A stretch of 64,000 nucleotides of DNA. It comes from Lingula anatina (lineage: Eukaryota; Animalia; Brachiopoda). Under the pieces are notes generated by a model. The model made no database searches. It worked only from the letters and a program-made list of their open reading frames with translations, and had not been told where the DNA came from. Below, one piece after another: positions 37,922 to 51,206 of this stretch. The position numbers and the translations under genes were made by a program. The stretch is taken from the NCBI GenBank assembly GCA_051362555.1, contig CM120646.1, forward strand, positions 8,494,001-8,558,000, read 5' to 3'. Each line of letters opens with the position of its first letter. Positions within the stretch are counted from its first letter, which is position 1.

Positions 37922-40276
37922 TGTCATGGTTGACGACTAAGTTTTGAACTTTAATCTAAAATCCCGCGCCAGCATTTAGTTTCAATTTTTGTTTAGAAGA
38001 TATATATGTCCTTAATTACGCTGTTTTCTTAAACAAAGGCATCATTTCGTCTCTTTACTGATAAAATAAGACCTTAACCTTTCAAGAACATTTCTTGACA
38101 CTCGAAAGTAGTGCACATGATTGGGATTAAATAGGAGTTACAACGGTATTGTACCCTGTTCAGGTAAGTGGGATCTGCTTAAAATCGGACAGCTTCCGGT
38201 CCCCCTCCCTTCCCCCCCCCCCCCAAAAAAAAAAAAAAATGCTGTTACGTCATCTGCTCAAATTCACTCATATTTGATACACAGCATTGACTCATAAGAT
38301 GATGATATTTATTTTCGGCACTATCTGTGGAAAAATCCTAGCGTATCGATCCCCTTTAAATGTTTTCTAATCAAATTTCTTGTTCTTGTTTTATTCATCA
38401 CACGTAATTTATTGTTAAACTTCCATGTATCGACATACTATATCAGTGTTTCATACACGAGCTCGCGAAAACTTGTACTTGAACAGTCACTCCACCGTGT
38501 GCACACTCACATGCACAAGGACACGAAAACAGTCTTTCTTTCTTTTTCTCTTTCTTTCTCTCTCTTGCATGTGTCTCACAGTGTTTAGGTGTGTATGTGT
38601 GTGTGCGCGCGGCTGTGCCATTGGTCAAAAAATGGAAAACGTTCTTTATGTGCAATATGGACAATATATGTCACTTTGAACTTTGAGTTGTGTTCACCTG
38701 CCCTGTGAAATTATAATAATAAGTGGTTGTGCTTGGATTGCGTTTAGTGTGACACTGCACACCCGCCACAATTTATTATCAAAATAGTGAATTACGCTGT
38801 AACTGACACAATGCGGAAAAATCTTTAAAATCTTGCATTGATCCTGTCATATTGCAGTTGTTTTCTCTGTTTGGTTTTCGTGCTACAAATAACTTTGGAA
38901 ATCGTATAAATTGAAAAGAACACCAAATATTATATGTTACTTGCCCTGAAATGCTGGGGAAATTCATTTATTCTAGCTATTTTTATCCTTGAAATTAAAC
39001 CGAAAGGTTAACTGGCATCGAAAAGTTGTTAAATCTAGGATAACTGTGAGACGCAGAGAGCACTCAAAATTTTCATAGATGAACATGTCCCCAAACAACG
39101 AGGAAGCATTATCAGCAGCAGCATATCAACTTATCTCCTCCTTATACCAGTAGTGCGAGCATTGAGTGTTTGTATGTGATACAGCATAGCCTTGCTGTTA
39201 GGACATCAATTCTTATCATGACAGTGGATACCTGTAGTGTCAATAGATTGGAGCGTATGGAAAATGTTTTAACTGACTCAAGGTGTATTTTAGGAATGTT
39301 GCTCCCCAATCAAAGCATGTAACATGCAGTTTGTTTTGTTAAATTCAACATAGACAACTGTCCAAAATACAAAACTAGTTTTGTAAATGTCCTTGTAATT
39401 AAAAAAAACTGCGCTACAAAAATACATATTAAGGTAGACAAAAAAGGTTAATACAAAAACTTTCAGGTGGTGTCCCTTTTTGGTGCTGCCACCCATCAAG
39501 GCAAGTTGTCAGATACGGGAGCTGCTACTGTTTGTTTTACAAACAAACAAACAAAAAGTACATGGGCAAAGAACCTCTCTCATCATGGTTCAAAGGCTGC
39601 TCCTCCTAGTTGAATAAGTCATTCTTTGTGCAAGACACTGAAAACTGCCTTTTTAAAAAAGGACGGAGGGACTGACGGCTATTACTAAAAGTAATCAGAT
39701 TTTTCCCGATTAGTAAAAATCGTTATATGCGGTGGAGAAGGTATTTTATGCGGTATGCACATGTACATAGTTTCTTGCTCATGAGAAAAGCAAAACTTTG
39801 AAACTGCGATCCATTTCAAATTTTGATCAAAAACAAACTTTGATTCCAGCTTTAATCAACATACTTTATTTAAGCTGGACTTTCCAAGTTACGAAGATTC
39901 GCCCGACTGCTTTACGCAAAGTTGTGTTTGCATCCTATCTCTACTGTATCACAAATGAGTCCAAATAATTCACTGTCGCTGAATTAAACTGAATGGCAGA
40001 CAAGCTTGACAAAACGTGTAATAGTATACTAACAAAACTGAGCATAGATCACAATACAGTTTCACAATCAAATTGTTTGGTTACATCTAGCGATCTAACT
40101 TCATAAAATCTCATATAACGCATGACATATCATTCAATCTGTTTGATTAAAGACGCGCGTAACCTCACAGAAGAGAGATCAAATCGTAGTCCAGTGGTAT
40201 ATATGGCCGGGGACTTAAGTGGCATTTTTACACTTGAGGAAAGATAACAGACGGGTGGAACCTGTACCTGTCACTT

Positions 40277-40284
40277 TATAAATA
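40277..40284 (+). promoter_or_regulatory. TATA box of the VWA7-like gene
   Basis: TATAAATA ~90 bp upstream of the ATG at 40368; a 6-codon uORF lies at 40320-40340. Confidence 0.5.
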
Positions 40285-40367
40285 CTCGCAAGCCCCTTGA
40301 TTCTGATACGTGTAACGCCATGTCATTGTGGACAAGTTGACCAATTACCCAGTAGAATAACCGCGCC

Positions 40368-43300
40368 ATGACGACTGGATTTGCTGTAATCTGGCTGTTT
40401 TTGTTTTACGGAAAGTTATGCAATACTGATTCAGGTATTGCGTATTTCTTTTCTATCGTGATACTTGGACCTTGGACGTAAAAACGTGACATAAGAGAAA
40501 TGAGAATTACACATTTATGATGAGTATTTAATTTAACGTATAATACGTTATTTGATTTGCATGTTGTCAAATACATTCGTAATACTTATAGATGTAGTAT
40601 TTGTAACACAAGTAGGCCCTACTATTATTTGAAGATGGCATTTAACACACACATTTAAAATTCATTGTTTTTTTTTAAGAAATATTACACTGTATCTATA
40701 AAAACAATACGACTTAAACCAATACTTGTCGTAATATAATAAGCACATCTTTATTACAGACATTGTTACAGGGAACACGCATTGGAGAACAAAGGTATTC
40801 GTCATACAGCAGTGCTTCATGATCGTGTTATTTGAATCGATCCATTGGTTGACACTACTTCTGATTTTCTTACGCTAATCATTATTATACATATGAATTT
40901 AGATAATGAACCTGCCGTCATTTATTTCTGTTTTTTTACCATGTTATTTGTTTATACATACTGTACAATATTCCACTGTATTGTATTGTACTGTATTGAA
41001 ATACATCGTCTACATGTGTAAGGAGATTTACAAATTATGTTTTTATTTATTTTTTATGTCCAATGCTATTTACTTATTCTATTGAATTGAATTTTTAGTG
41101 TTGTGCTGTGTTGTATACTGTACGTAGAGTAAATTGTGTCTATTGTAATTATATTTTTGATACCAAAAGTTAGACGCCTGCACACGCCGTATTGTTATTC
41201 AGAGATCCGCGTCAGTACCTGTTGCGCTGAACTTCTTCAAATGGCCGAAAACGTTCTACCACAAACCTGTCTATAGTATCCCAGTGGATGATCAGGTAGA
41301 GGAGCTGACGCTGGAGATAGACGCCCCAAGCGGAAATCCATTATTTGCTTTCAAGAGACCAGATTGTGAGCTATTCTGTTTACTGTTTATTGGGACTAGA
41401 AAAAAAATTAAAAACATGCATGACTTATGGGTTCAAATGGCAAATACCGCTGACATTAATAAAATATGAAAAAAAAGTGATGGAATACTGCAATGATACT
41501 TAAGTTTATTTGGTTGAATGAAACTTGGCCCTCTACACACTGGATAATACAATGATAATTTTCTTTTAAACTTTCTGAGCCTATTGCTCGCCAAAAGTTG
41601 TTTTAATGGTTTCACTTGCTTGTTAACAAGGTTCCAAGGCTACTAATATCGGCATATTGGCACTAGGCATCGCAGGTGCTCGTGGTCACAATTAAGTAAA
41701 GCAATTTAATTCAAACAAGTCCAAGACGTATTTTAAATATTGTTGTACCTCGTTATTTCTGCCAACATTTAAACCTACGCCTCTTAAAACTTGCGAACTC
41801 AAATTGTTATGAAAAGAAATCACCATGGGCATGCCGCCAAAAAAACAAGTTTCATATCAATTTCTTCGTAATCCCTAAACAGACATTTAACTAGTTTTTT
41901 TAACAAAACTAATCCGCTTTTGTCCCATCACATCGTTTTAGCTCAATCTCGATTTTAAGAATCAAATTATTCTTACCAAAATAACTCCAAATTCTAACAA
42001 AACAATAGATTGAGAAATAGTAACACAGATAATTAGATAGTCAAACAAATCTTTCAGACCGCCGTGAAACCTTCACCGGTCCAGGAAAATCACAGTTCAA
42101 GAAAGGTAACTGGAAAGTGTACAGTACCCAGGTAAGTGGTTTAATGATCAATGCCATTAACTTTTTAATGTGCTGTGATGTCGAGCAAATTGAGTCAATT
42201 TTTTAAGTGTCCTAGTGCCCAAAACACTTGACCCGCCAGCACTATGTGTGACTGTCTCTGTTCATAAACTCTTTACATCACACCTTTGATCAATACAGCA
42301 CTGTAACTTCAGACTGTCCTCCCCGGCTCCTGGTCTCTGCAGCGGTATAGACCTGAAGATTGGCTGGTCCGGGTACTGGGGAAGAGCGTCGTCACCATCA
42401 CCACGAAGTTTGTACGGGTAGATCCGATGACAGGGATTGAATATAGCGTTGGTGGAAACCCCATTCAAGGTAGCACTGGCTATTCTTTGCAACGCAAGAT
42501 TATAGCTTTAATTTATAATAGTGTACAGGTCTTCTTAAAACGTGAAAGTTTTATGGTATTATGATGGCATTCGTTTACATGTAGGTGTTGTAAAGCAATA
42601 TTTCACTCGTAAAATATATCTATTTCTGAAATTGTTTCCTATTCTGAAGATACGACACGATATGATCTTTAAGAAAATATTATTTTGAAGAACTTTTTGA
42701 GTCAGACAAATGCTTGACATGTTAACAAAGAAGATGAGCAACATCGTAAAGATGCATACAAAGTCAATTTTTTGTCACAAAAACCAACCAAATGCCAGCA
42801 TATAGTTTCAAGTAGTATAACTAAGAGAATTACCAAAAGGCATTGTTTAATTTTACCCTAAAATGATGTTTGAACGGATTTTTCTGCTGGTATTCTAAGC
42901 TGTATGTCAATGGGGCAGGAAAGTAGGTCACGAAAGTAGGTTAAATTTACAACCAAAAATTTAAAGGAAGGAGCATTCTAAAGGTCTTTTATGGTTGATC
43001 GAGTGATCTATTCAGTTTATCCCTTGGCATGTCGAATTTATTTGAGTCATATAGGAATCTAGTAGAAGTGGTTTACATGTGTTACTGGGAATCCATGCTC
43101 CACCTATGCTCGGTTCGTATGTACCTTTAATTTTCTTTTTACAGAAGAAAACACCACCGTAGAAATAATGGTGGCGGGGATCAGTCTTGTCAAGTCCGTG
43201 GATTCATTTACAGTACTTAATGAGAATGCTGACGTCGTTACTAGCATGAGTATTAATCCGGTTGCAGGGACAACCAATATCTTCAGAACCCAGTTTGTAC

Positions 43301-44588
43301 CCCCTGCTGGGGTAAGTTGACATACATTCACGTCCTTAAATATGTCACTTCATATTTTGGATTTCTCCACAAAAGGAATCAAGATTGTAAAAAGATCTAT
43401 TGTTCAGAGCTCAGGGCCATCCAAAGCAGCATTATTTATTTATTTATTTTAAAAATACATTTTATAGCCAACAAGGCCCAGGAAAGGCATTGTTGACGGA
43501 ATCATATAGCTGTTATCGGTAGTAGATTAACAGTGTACTGCAGTGCTTACAGTATCTCATACGGAGATGTTGACAACAAAATAATGGTGCCCCTTTTAAT
43601 GATCTATTAATGTACATATACGCATCGAGTAGCACGTTAAACATTTATTAGAACGAAATGTAGTCGGACCCAGCACCAACTGAAAAAGAAACGCACGAAA
43701 AAGCACACACATTCACACACACACACATACACACACTGGCTTTTGTCGTCCTACGCTCAGAAATACTGTCGGGTACTTATACACATCTCTGCTGTTAATA
43801 AATTGTATTTGTTACAGGTGTTTGTCATGTCTATATCAGGAGAAGACAGATCTGGTAATCCTTTGATGCGAGTGACCCCGATCTTTACTCGAGCGACAAC
43901 GATAAGACTCCACATACAAAATCCTCCACGTAAGTCGGTAACTTTCACCCTGGCTCATAGAAATCAAAATTTTCAATTCTGGATTGCACATGTAGAGATT
44001 AAGTGTGCCTTGACCAACTTCTAGATAAGTTTCGTCTCTCTACAATATATTGCTTCTGTGTATATCTTATTAATTTTATACATTTATTTATCTATTTAAG
44101 TTTTGTAGTCCTATTGTTTCATTAATATTTTTGTATTTATGCCATATTTGTTTGTGTTTTGTTTGTGAACTTATATTTGTGTTAATTTATTGTGGAAAAC
44201 TGTAAATAGTAAGTAAATAGGAAAGACAAGTACTGCCCGTTAGATGCTCTGCAACTACCGTTGTTGTTAATATATATATATATTAGCGCTTTTTTTCAAA
44301 CCTTTTCTTCTAATTGTGCTATACATTACAGGGCGTATGGCAGCATCGTCCACTCTTACTTTACATTATGATATCACCAATCTTAACAAGACAAACAAGT
44401 TTATAGTGAACGTCACAGTAGCCAGTAATGAAAGTGCGATTGCGAACTGGAGCACAACCATTCACATCTCAGCTGCCGCAATCAAGACGTCTTCGTTCCC
44501 ACTCACAGCTGTCGCGACACCTGGCGTACAGATGTAAGTATACAGCTATTTTGTATACGCTGTCATGTACCAGGCCCCGCCGGTTTCA

Positions 44589-44622
<34 letters not shown>

Positions 44623-46225
44623 TTTCCTGTTTTAGTTGAATGGGATTTCCATGATAAAGCTGTAACACTGTTCCTGATAGGGTTTGGTGTGTGCATGTGA
44701 CCATTTAAGGTTGGTAACCAAGGTCTTAGTAAGGGAAGCTGGCTTAATTTTTTTTTTTTTTGAAACAGGGGCCAGGTATGTGAATATCCGAACAGTTGAT
44801 ATTTAGATGATGTGTATGTTATTTTGTTTGAAAGATTTGTTTACAGCAATAATAAAAGAAAAACGTATAATATTTGTTTGTCTTTGTCGCGTAACAAAAT
44901 ATCTGCCCTTGATACAAAAACAGTTAGTTGATTCAATTTTCTCTTGAATATTACAACTTTTGTGCCTCCAACTAACTCAGAAAGAAAAGTCGATTTTTCA
45001 CTGAGAAGCACAACGGATGTTACAGGCACCAGCGTAACGTATGGGATATCAGGGCATATGTGTACTAAAAGTAGCCTGTGCAGACATAACTTAGCATGTC
45101 CATTTATTATTTCATTATTATTTTAAGGTCTGTGACGATTATTGTCAGCGAAAAGGGACTTCCTGGTAACAGACAATACGAAGAATTTTTCTTGGAGGTT
45201 GAGAAAATGGTAAGTAAAATCCATAAAAGAAGTTACTCCAGAAAACGAAAAAATAAATAAATCGTTTGAAAATTAGAGTAAATGAATTAAGGGATAAAAA
45301 ATAGAATGGTTGGTAAAATTTATCCCAGAAAAAGCAATATCAGAAAATGAAAATTAATTGAACAACCAAAGTTAATAATACACGACCGTGGATTCATAGT
45401 GGTAGCTTAAATGCTGTGAAATGTTATTATAATATTGTTGTTTCGAAAGTGATAAGTAAGAGATATGAAATATGAAGTTGTTGAATAAAAAAAACATCTC
45501 AGGTACATGTACATGAACAGCTGTTAGGTACATGCATTATTTATTTATTTATTTTTCTATTTTGCCAAAATCAAAATACCATAGTGCAAAGCAAAGAGTT
45601 CATCCATCTTTTGTTATCCCCCCCCCCCCCATACACAGAAAGCTACTGCATTTACACTGTACTGAATATCCTTGGGTATTCTATTTCGTGTCTTTTACTC
45701 TAGAAAACTGAAACAAATTCAGGGGATACAAGTACAGCAATTTACAGATCCAAAACTACTGCTGTTACAAATGCACCGGGGACTTCAGTTGTCACGTTGG
45801 CATTCAGTTGGTATACAGATGGCTTGGCAATTGCTGCAAAAATGACGCATCTAACTGGAAAAACAAGGACGACTGAGAAAATCTCTACTACAGAAATAGC
45901 GGTGACGTCAAGCACTGATCAGACTTTCACTTTATTGACGTCTGACTCGACGCCGCCTGGCCAAACATTGCGGCATAACGTAGGAGCCGTCAAGTCGATA
46001 TTAGAAAGTATTGCCGAGTCTACCGGTTTAATTACAGCGGTTGTCTTAGGTGGGATATTAGCTGTCACTGCTATCGCAGCCTCTACCTTCGTGGTTGTGA
46101 AAAAGATTCAGAAACCTGCCCCAGGAACACCGCGTGCCATCAAAGTTTCACCTGCGCCTTGTGCAAAGACAGCAACCGAACTGAATACATTTCAGTCGGA
46201 AGCATCGGCCTTGCATCTTATTTAA
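40368..46225 (+). CDS. VWA7/hemicentin-like beta-sandwich type-I membrane protein without a vWA domain, 10 exons, 526 aa
   Basis: Exons 40368-40434, 40760-40794, 41203-41365, 42058-42131, 42313-42469, 43145-43311, 43818-43929, 44332-44533, 45128-45209, 45704-46225; all GT-AG and in phase (1581 nt). Signal peptide, then IPVDDQVEELTL, PGSWSL, VRVLGKS, NPIQ, SGEDRSGNPLMRV (as in the post-vWA region of VWA7/HMCN), a Thr/Ser stalk and TM LITAVVLGGILAVTAIAASTFVVV. Confidence 0.85.
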
Positions 46226-46605
46226 CCTTTATTGTCTTATATAATTAATTTTTTTTGCGATTCTGATATGTGTCATACACCCTGGTGTCATAAAACTAAC
46301 ATCGCGATTGTGACGAGTTTCTGAGTATAAAGCAGTAAAAAATAACGTAACAGGTTCTTGTTTTATTTGCACATGCTTTATTATCAACCAAATCAGTGCA
46401 CATTTAAGTGTCAAATCTGGCATGAAAGATCAATCAGATACAAAATCACACTATAGATACAAACATACACTGTAAGATCTCTTTCAGTTTAAATTACTAT
46501 CAGCAATGCTACCCAGACTATATTCTTGCCAAAAATTGTAACATTATATGTGTAATCTCCAAATCCTATGTAGCCATTTAATTGGACATATCCCTTGGTA
46601 CTACC

Positions 46606-46870
46606 CAGGGGCGGATCTAGGATTATTTGAAGGGGGTACGTAGTTGCGAAGCCGACTCTCCCCCCCTCCCCCCAACACACACATGGCGTGGAGTTCGGGG
46701 CCTGCCGAAGGGCCCCGAAATTTTTTGGTATTTTAGAGGGCAAACGGTGTCATTTGGTACGGTATAGAACTATGTTTCAGCTAGACAAACTTCTAATTTC
46801 AAGAGAGGACCAGAAATCGAAGGGGGGGGGGGGGTCAGGACCCCGCTGACCCCCTCTAAATCTGCCACTG
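46606..46870 (+). mobile_element. CAGGGGCGGATC-family MITE with 5-bp TSD
   Basis: CTACC-CAGGGGCGGATCTAG...CTAAATCTGCCACTG-CTACC. Confidence 0.9.
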
Positions 46871-47030
46871 CTACCTAAGGTATTTTTTCATAGCAGTTCA
46901 ATACAGGCAGGTTTAAAAGCAAGGTCTTCAACTGGTGGAACTATAGCAGTCAAGAAAAATAATGGGTTGCTACGATCATCAAACATGATAATTTTTAACT
47001 TCTACATTCTGTTATCAAAATAAATTATCT

Positions 47031-49449
47031 TTAGAGTCTACATTCTGTCATCGGTATTGGTAGCCAGCTGTAGGCCGTTCTCACAACACGGTAATCACTT
47101 CTCATCTGACTGACTATCTGCTTACGAAGTTTGGTTCTAAAATAGATTAAAAAATAATTAGATAAATACGTACAATGTTGATGACAACAAGTAAAATGAA
47201 CACGAACCAGAAAGAGAGACAAACAGACAGATAGATAGATATTCCCCGGATAAAGTCGATAAATGGATGAATGGATAAAGGCTGAATGTCAAACAATTGA
47301 TAGGTTTATAAATATATAGATACATAAAGGAGAACGGAGACTTGTGTGTTTCCTTATTTCTTTTAAATATGGTTATATAAAATTTAATTAATAATACAAA
47401 TAACTACATTTTCTGATGCCAGACAGTTCATTGCCCTTGTAAATTACATGTAGCGTTAAACGCAGTCTCAAATTTCTGTTTTAGTTTAGAATTTCGTACA
47501 TTTCAGGAATGTTCCACAATGAAATATTCACTTTGTCAGCCTTGTCTCATACAGTACAAACCGTCCTTTTGTTTGAATATACAGTTTGTCTTTTTCATTT
47601 CCATTAATAAACGCTGCAAGCCCGAACGTGTTTTGGTTTATTTTTATGATTAAGAGTGAAATTGTCCACCTTGCCACGTGGTGTTAGAGATCCTAAGCAG
47701 CATTTACATGTAAGTGCAAGTATTGCTCTTTTGCCTATTTGACAAGATAAACTCTACTGACCTTCGATTTTGGAACCACGTCTTGACCTGTGTCTCCGAG
47801 AGGTGAAGGTCATGAGATAGTTCCTGGCGCTTTGAGATGCTGACATACTTCTCTAACTGAAACGATACATTTGAAGGGAAGTCATCCTAGAAAACCCAAA
47901 GTCTTGCGAAATGGTCTACGTAAGTCAATTAAGATTAGGCCTATGCTTGATTTGGAAGAGAGTGGGGTCAGACTTAATGGCAACCTAGCGTGTGTGATGC
48001 GGCAAAGAATAAAGCTGATAAAATGTATCCACTGATATCGTTCTGTTTTTTCCCCTTTTAAGAGACCTAAAAAGTTGGATCACAGTCAGTTGCAAAACAA
48101 TAAGTATTCACAATGTTTTGCGTTATTATTTTTTATTAATTTCATATAAATATAGTTCGGTCGATTATCTCTGAATGCCTATAATGAAACGTCTTAAGGA
48201 TATTGTCACCCTCACCCGCCCAAAACTCCTTATTTACGGTCTTACACTTATATTTTGGGGTAATAAACAAATCTTCGGTGTTTGGTGACTAAATTAATTA
48301 ACATTTACACATATGCCACACATGTCATCTTACAGGTGATGTCATAATTGCGATTTTAGGGTAAAAACTGAAAAATCGGTTTCTCAAATTTCTCTTTTAC
48401 CTGAGAACCCACGGTTACCGTTTCAAGGCCCATTTAATGACACCATTTAATACTCCAAAACCCTGCCAGCAATTTTTTAAAGTCTTAGTTCAGATTTTAT
48501 CGTTGATAAAGCAAAATAAAGCCTTTGTTTAATGAAAATCTGTAATTAGGGGCTCATAACTCCATAACAAAAATATTTAAACCAAAATGACGGCACGAGA
48601 TAGTAGCCAATACATTCCCGGTCAACTCTGCCAATTTTCGTGACAAACTCTTGTTCAGGGATGAAGTTACGCCCCATACCGATTACTAACTCACCTCAAA
48701 ATAGAAAAGTGTTAAACTGACTATTAAATCTTTGAGTTGCCTATGCTTATACATTGCAACGAAAAAATACAAACGCCAATATTTTATATTTTCGAGTTTT
48801 TTCATTGTTTAAAATCAGCACAAAGATAGGTGCATTATTGAATAATTAGATGCAGGAAAAAAAACTCATTTTCGGTATCTGGATGGTGATAAAGGGTAAC
48901 AATATCCTAAACCTCGATACATATATGGCCACATACAATTAAGATAAATCGTTTCCTTAATCAACACGTTACAATATTCAATTTCGCCTCTGAATAATTG
49001 ATGAAAATTACATTTGCGAGAGGGCGTGTTTGCACCCTCATGAACACCTATCATATTTCAATCAATCAATCAATCTTGGAAACACACTTACCACAAATTC
49101 TGCCTCAAGTCGTTCAATTTGCTTTGCAGAGTATGCCTGTCTCGGCTTCCGTTCTACAATCGATCGACGGTGTCTTCGGCCGGGACAAAGTAAGCTTGCA
49201 GAGCCTGATTACAACAGAACTATATTTACACTTTGTTCACCATTATAACATTCCATTTGTGATAAATTTCAAATTAAATGTATGTTTTTGTTTTTTTTTT
49301 GTTCGGATTATTGAAAAAAAGAGGTGCATTGTTTTGTTTTTAGATTATATAAATACTGTACTTTGTGGTCTTGGAAATTACATGTACCTTGGATATCAAC
49401 TGACAATATTCGTTTTGAGATGGATTTCAAGATGGGATTGTGTGACCAA

Positions 49450-49491
<42 letters not shown>

Positions 49492-49895
49492 ATCTTACCT
49501 GATATAGGGTACGTTGTGCCATAAGCATCTAAGGACGGTACAGAACTGGTTTCAGCACAGGGGTATCGATAAGTGACGAACCCAGAATCGGGTAGCAACG
49601 GGTAAAATATGCCAGTATGAGAAGTTAGATTCGTGTGGGGATATAGCTGGTATAGATGATGCTGTCCAGATTTCAAAGGAGAATCCAACACGTTAAGAAT
49701 TTGAATCGCCCCGTTAGAAATAGTCTGAGTTTCATGGATTGTTCCAGTTGGGAAATGTGTATTTTGATCCACACATGACCGGTCTGCCTGAACGTCTGGT
49801 TTTTGCAGTATAGTATCGATATTAAAATTCGAAAATCGCTTTGGAGAGCATTGTTCCTCAGGTTCTGCCAGTTCGTTTTGAACGTTTCCTTCCAT
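47031..49895 (-). CDS. Nedx: NKL-class homeobox protein Nedx (Drosophila lms family), 4 exons, 236 aa
   Basis: Exons 49895-49499, 49204-49092, 47856-47762, 47136-47031 (711 nt, in phase). eh1 motif FNIDTIL. Homeodomain [21 protein letters not shown]|[31 protein letters not shown](R)TKLRKQI; [15 protein letters not shown] is characteristic of Nedx/lms. Confidence 0.9.
48198..48907. mobile_element. Non-autonomous Kolobok-like element in Nedx intron 2
   Basis: TTAA-GGATATTGTCACCC...GGGTAACAATATCC-TAAA; shares reversed blocks with 36894-37169. Confidence 0.8.
49452..49487. repeat. (CT)n microsatellite at the start of Nedx intron 1
   Basis: Direct reading. Confidence 0.9.
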
Positions 49896-50963
49896 GTTCG
49901 ATACTTTTCTTGAAAGTATTGCGTTATACGCGATATCAAGTAGTAAACATCCCTGCTTTGCACAACAACTTGCACATTTAAAATTGAACCAAAAAACTAA
50001 GTCGCCGTGTTTTATAGTTAACGCTTTTCTATAAAAACACCTACTTTTCTATAAAAGCACTTATGTAGGACAATCAATCTGATGGAATACCCTTCTCAAA
50101 ACTCTTTCAGTGTTGTTTCTGTCAAAATGTTTTACTCTTTTAACAACATTTGAAAAGAAGAGACACTTGAGCCAGTCATGCCCGCCAGCGGATTTGACAA
50201 AGGGGTCCTTGAGAACATCGCCGTTGAAGTAAGCGTGTTCTTCAATAACAGCAATCTGTTTAAAGTTTTATTACCCGTCACATAGATGTACTTATCAATA
50301 GTTATCACTCGTGCTCCAGAATAATCTATTTTTAAGATGTTACATTGATTTACCTTTGCATAAACACTCGATATCTGTACTTGTCAATTATGCTACTTTG
50401 CCTTTCATATTCTTTCCGGTGCCGTCGCGATAATCCATTGTTTTAAAGACATCTTATGGTAATTGCCTTGGGGTTGTGTTAAGGTGGGTTTCCGATGAAA
50501 TGTGGGCTCTAGAGAGCAGATGGAATTCAGTGGGGCACTTGCCCCCCTCCCCCACCTTAGTTTCGGAATTACCATTTCTCTTTTCTTCCCCACTTCCCCT
50601 TTAGATAAGTAAATAAAACAAGCGAACTAAGCAAAAAATAAACTTTTCCATCCATGCGTCATCATGTGACAGTAATTATGTTTTCTCCTTCTATGTTATA
50701 TTTGTTTTCAATCGATAAATATAAAGTATGAAATTAGAAAATCCCGGTATACGCCAGTATGATGGAAATGAGGGATCTAAGAAAGTGCGACTGAATTATC
50801 AAGTCAAGAGTACTAATATTTAGGAATAATGAACTTTCATAATAATAAAAATGATAATAATAATCTTTATTGATATATGGCAACCACGAAGGTTGAAGTT
50901 ATACATATATATCTTATTTTAAATAAAAATTTATTTTTAAATAAACTTTTAAAAAAGTCAAAG

Positions 50964-51206
50964 GGAGCCTGGTCATTTTGGCCCTGTTGCACACTAAAGG
51001 TTGTCGCTCTCGCCTCCCTGGGGGAGGAAACAGCCGGGCTGCTAGCAAACGTACCATTTCTCAACTGCCAGACCAGACACCATTTTCACCCCCTTAGTGC
51101 TGAGTGCCGAGCGGGTAGACAGCAGTTACCGTTTATAAAGGAGCTGGTATGTCCCCGCACGGGGTTGAACCCACGTCCTCCCTTTAACCACAAGCCCATC
51201 CGGTCT
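50964..51206 (-). mobile_element. tRNA-derived SINE with a Meta-like central domain
   Basis: Minus strand: A-box-like TGGGCTTGTGGTTA, B-box GGGTTCAACCCC, then CATACCAGCTCCTTTATAAACGGTAACTGCTGTCTACCCGCTCGGCACTCAGCACTAAGGGG, resembling the MetaSINE domain. Confidence 0.7.

Larger units (their letters stand above)
37174..38355. mobile_element. Second Kolobok-like element abutting the first, with nested insertion
   Basis: TTAA-GGGGATAATATG...CGTATCGATCCCCT-TTAA; imperfect TIR. Confidence 0.4.

Noticed and set aside
49308-49498. ERERER-containing C-terminus of the 195-aa ORF
   Set aside because: Read-through past a canonical donor into an intronic microsatellite; the spliced form gives the homeodomain.
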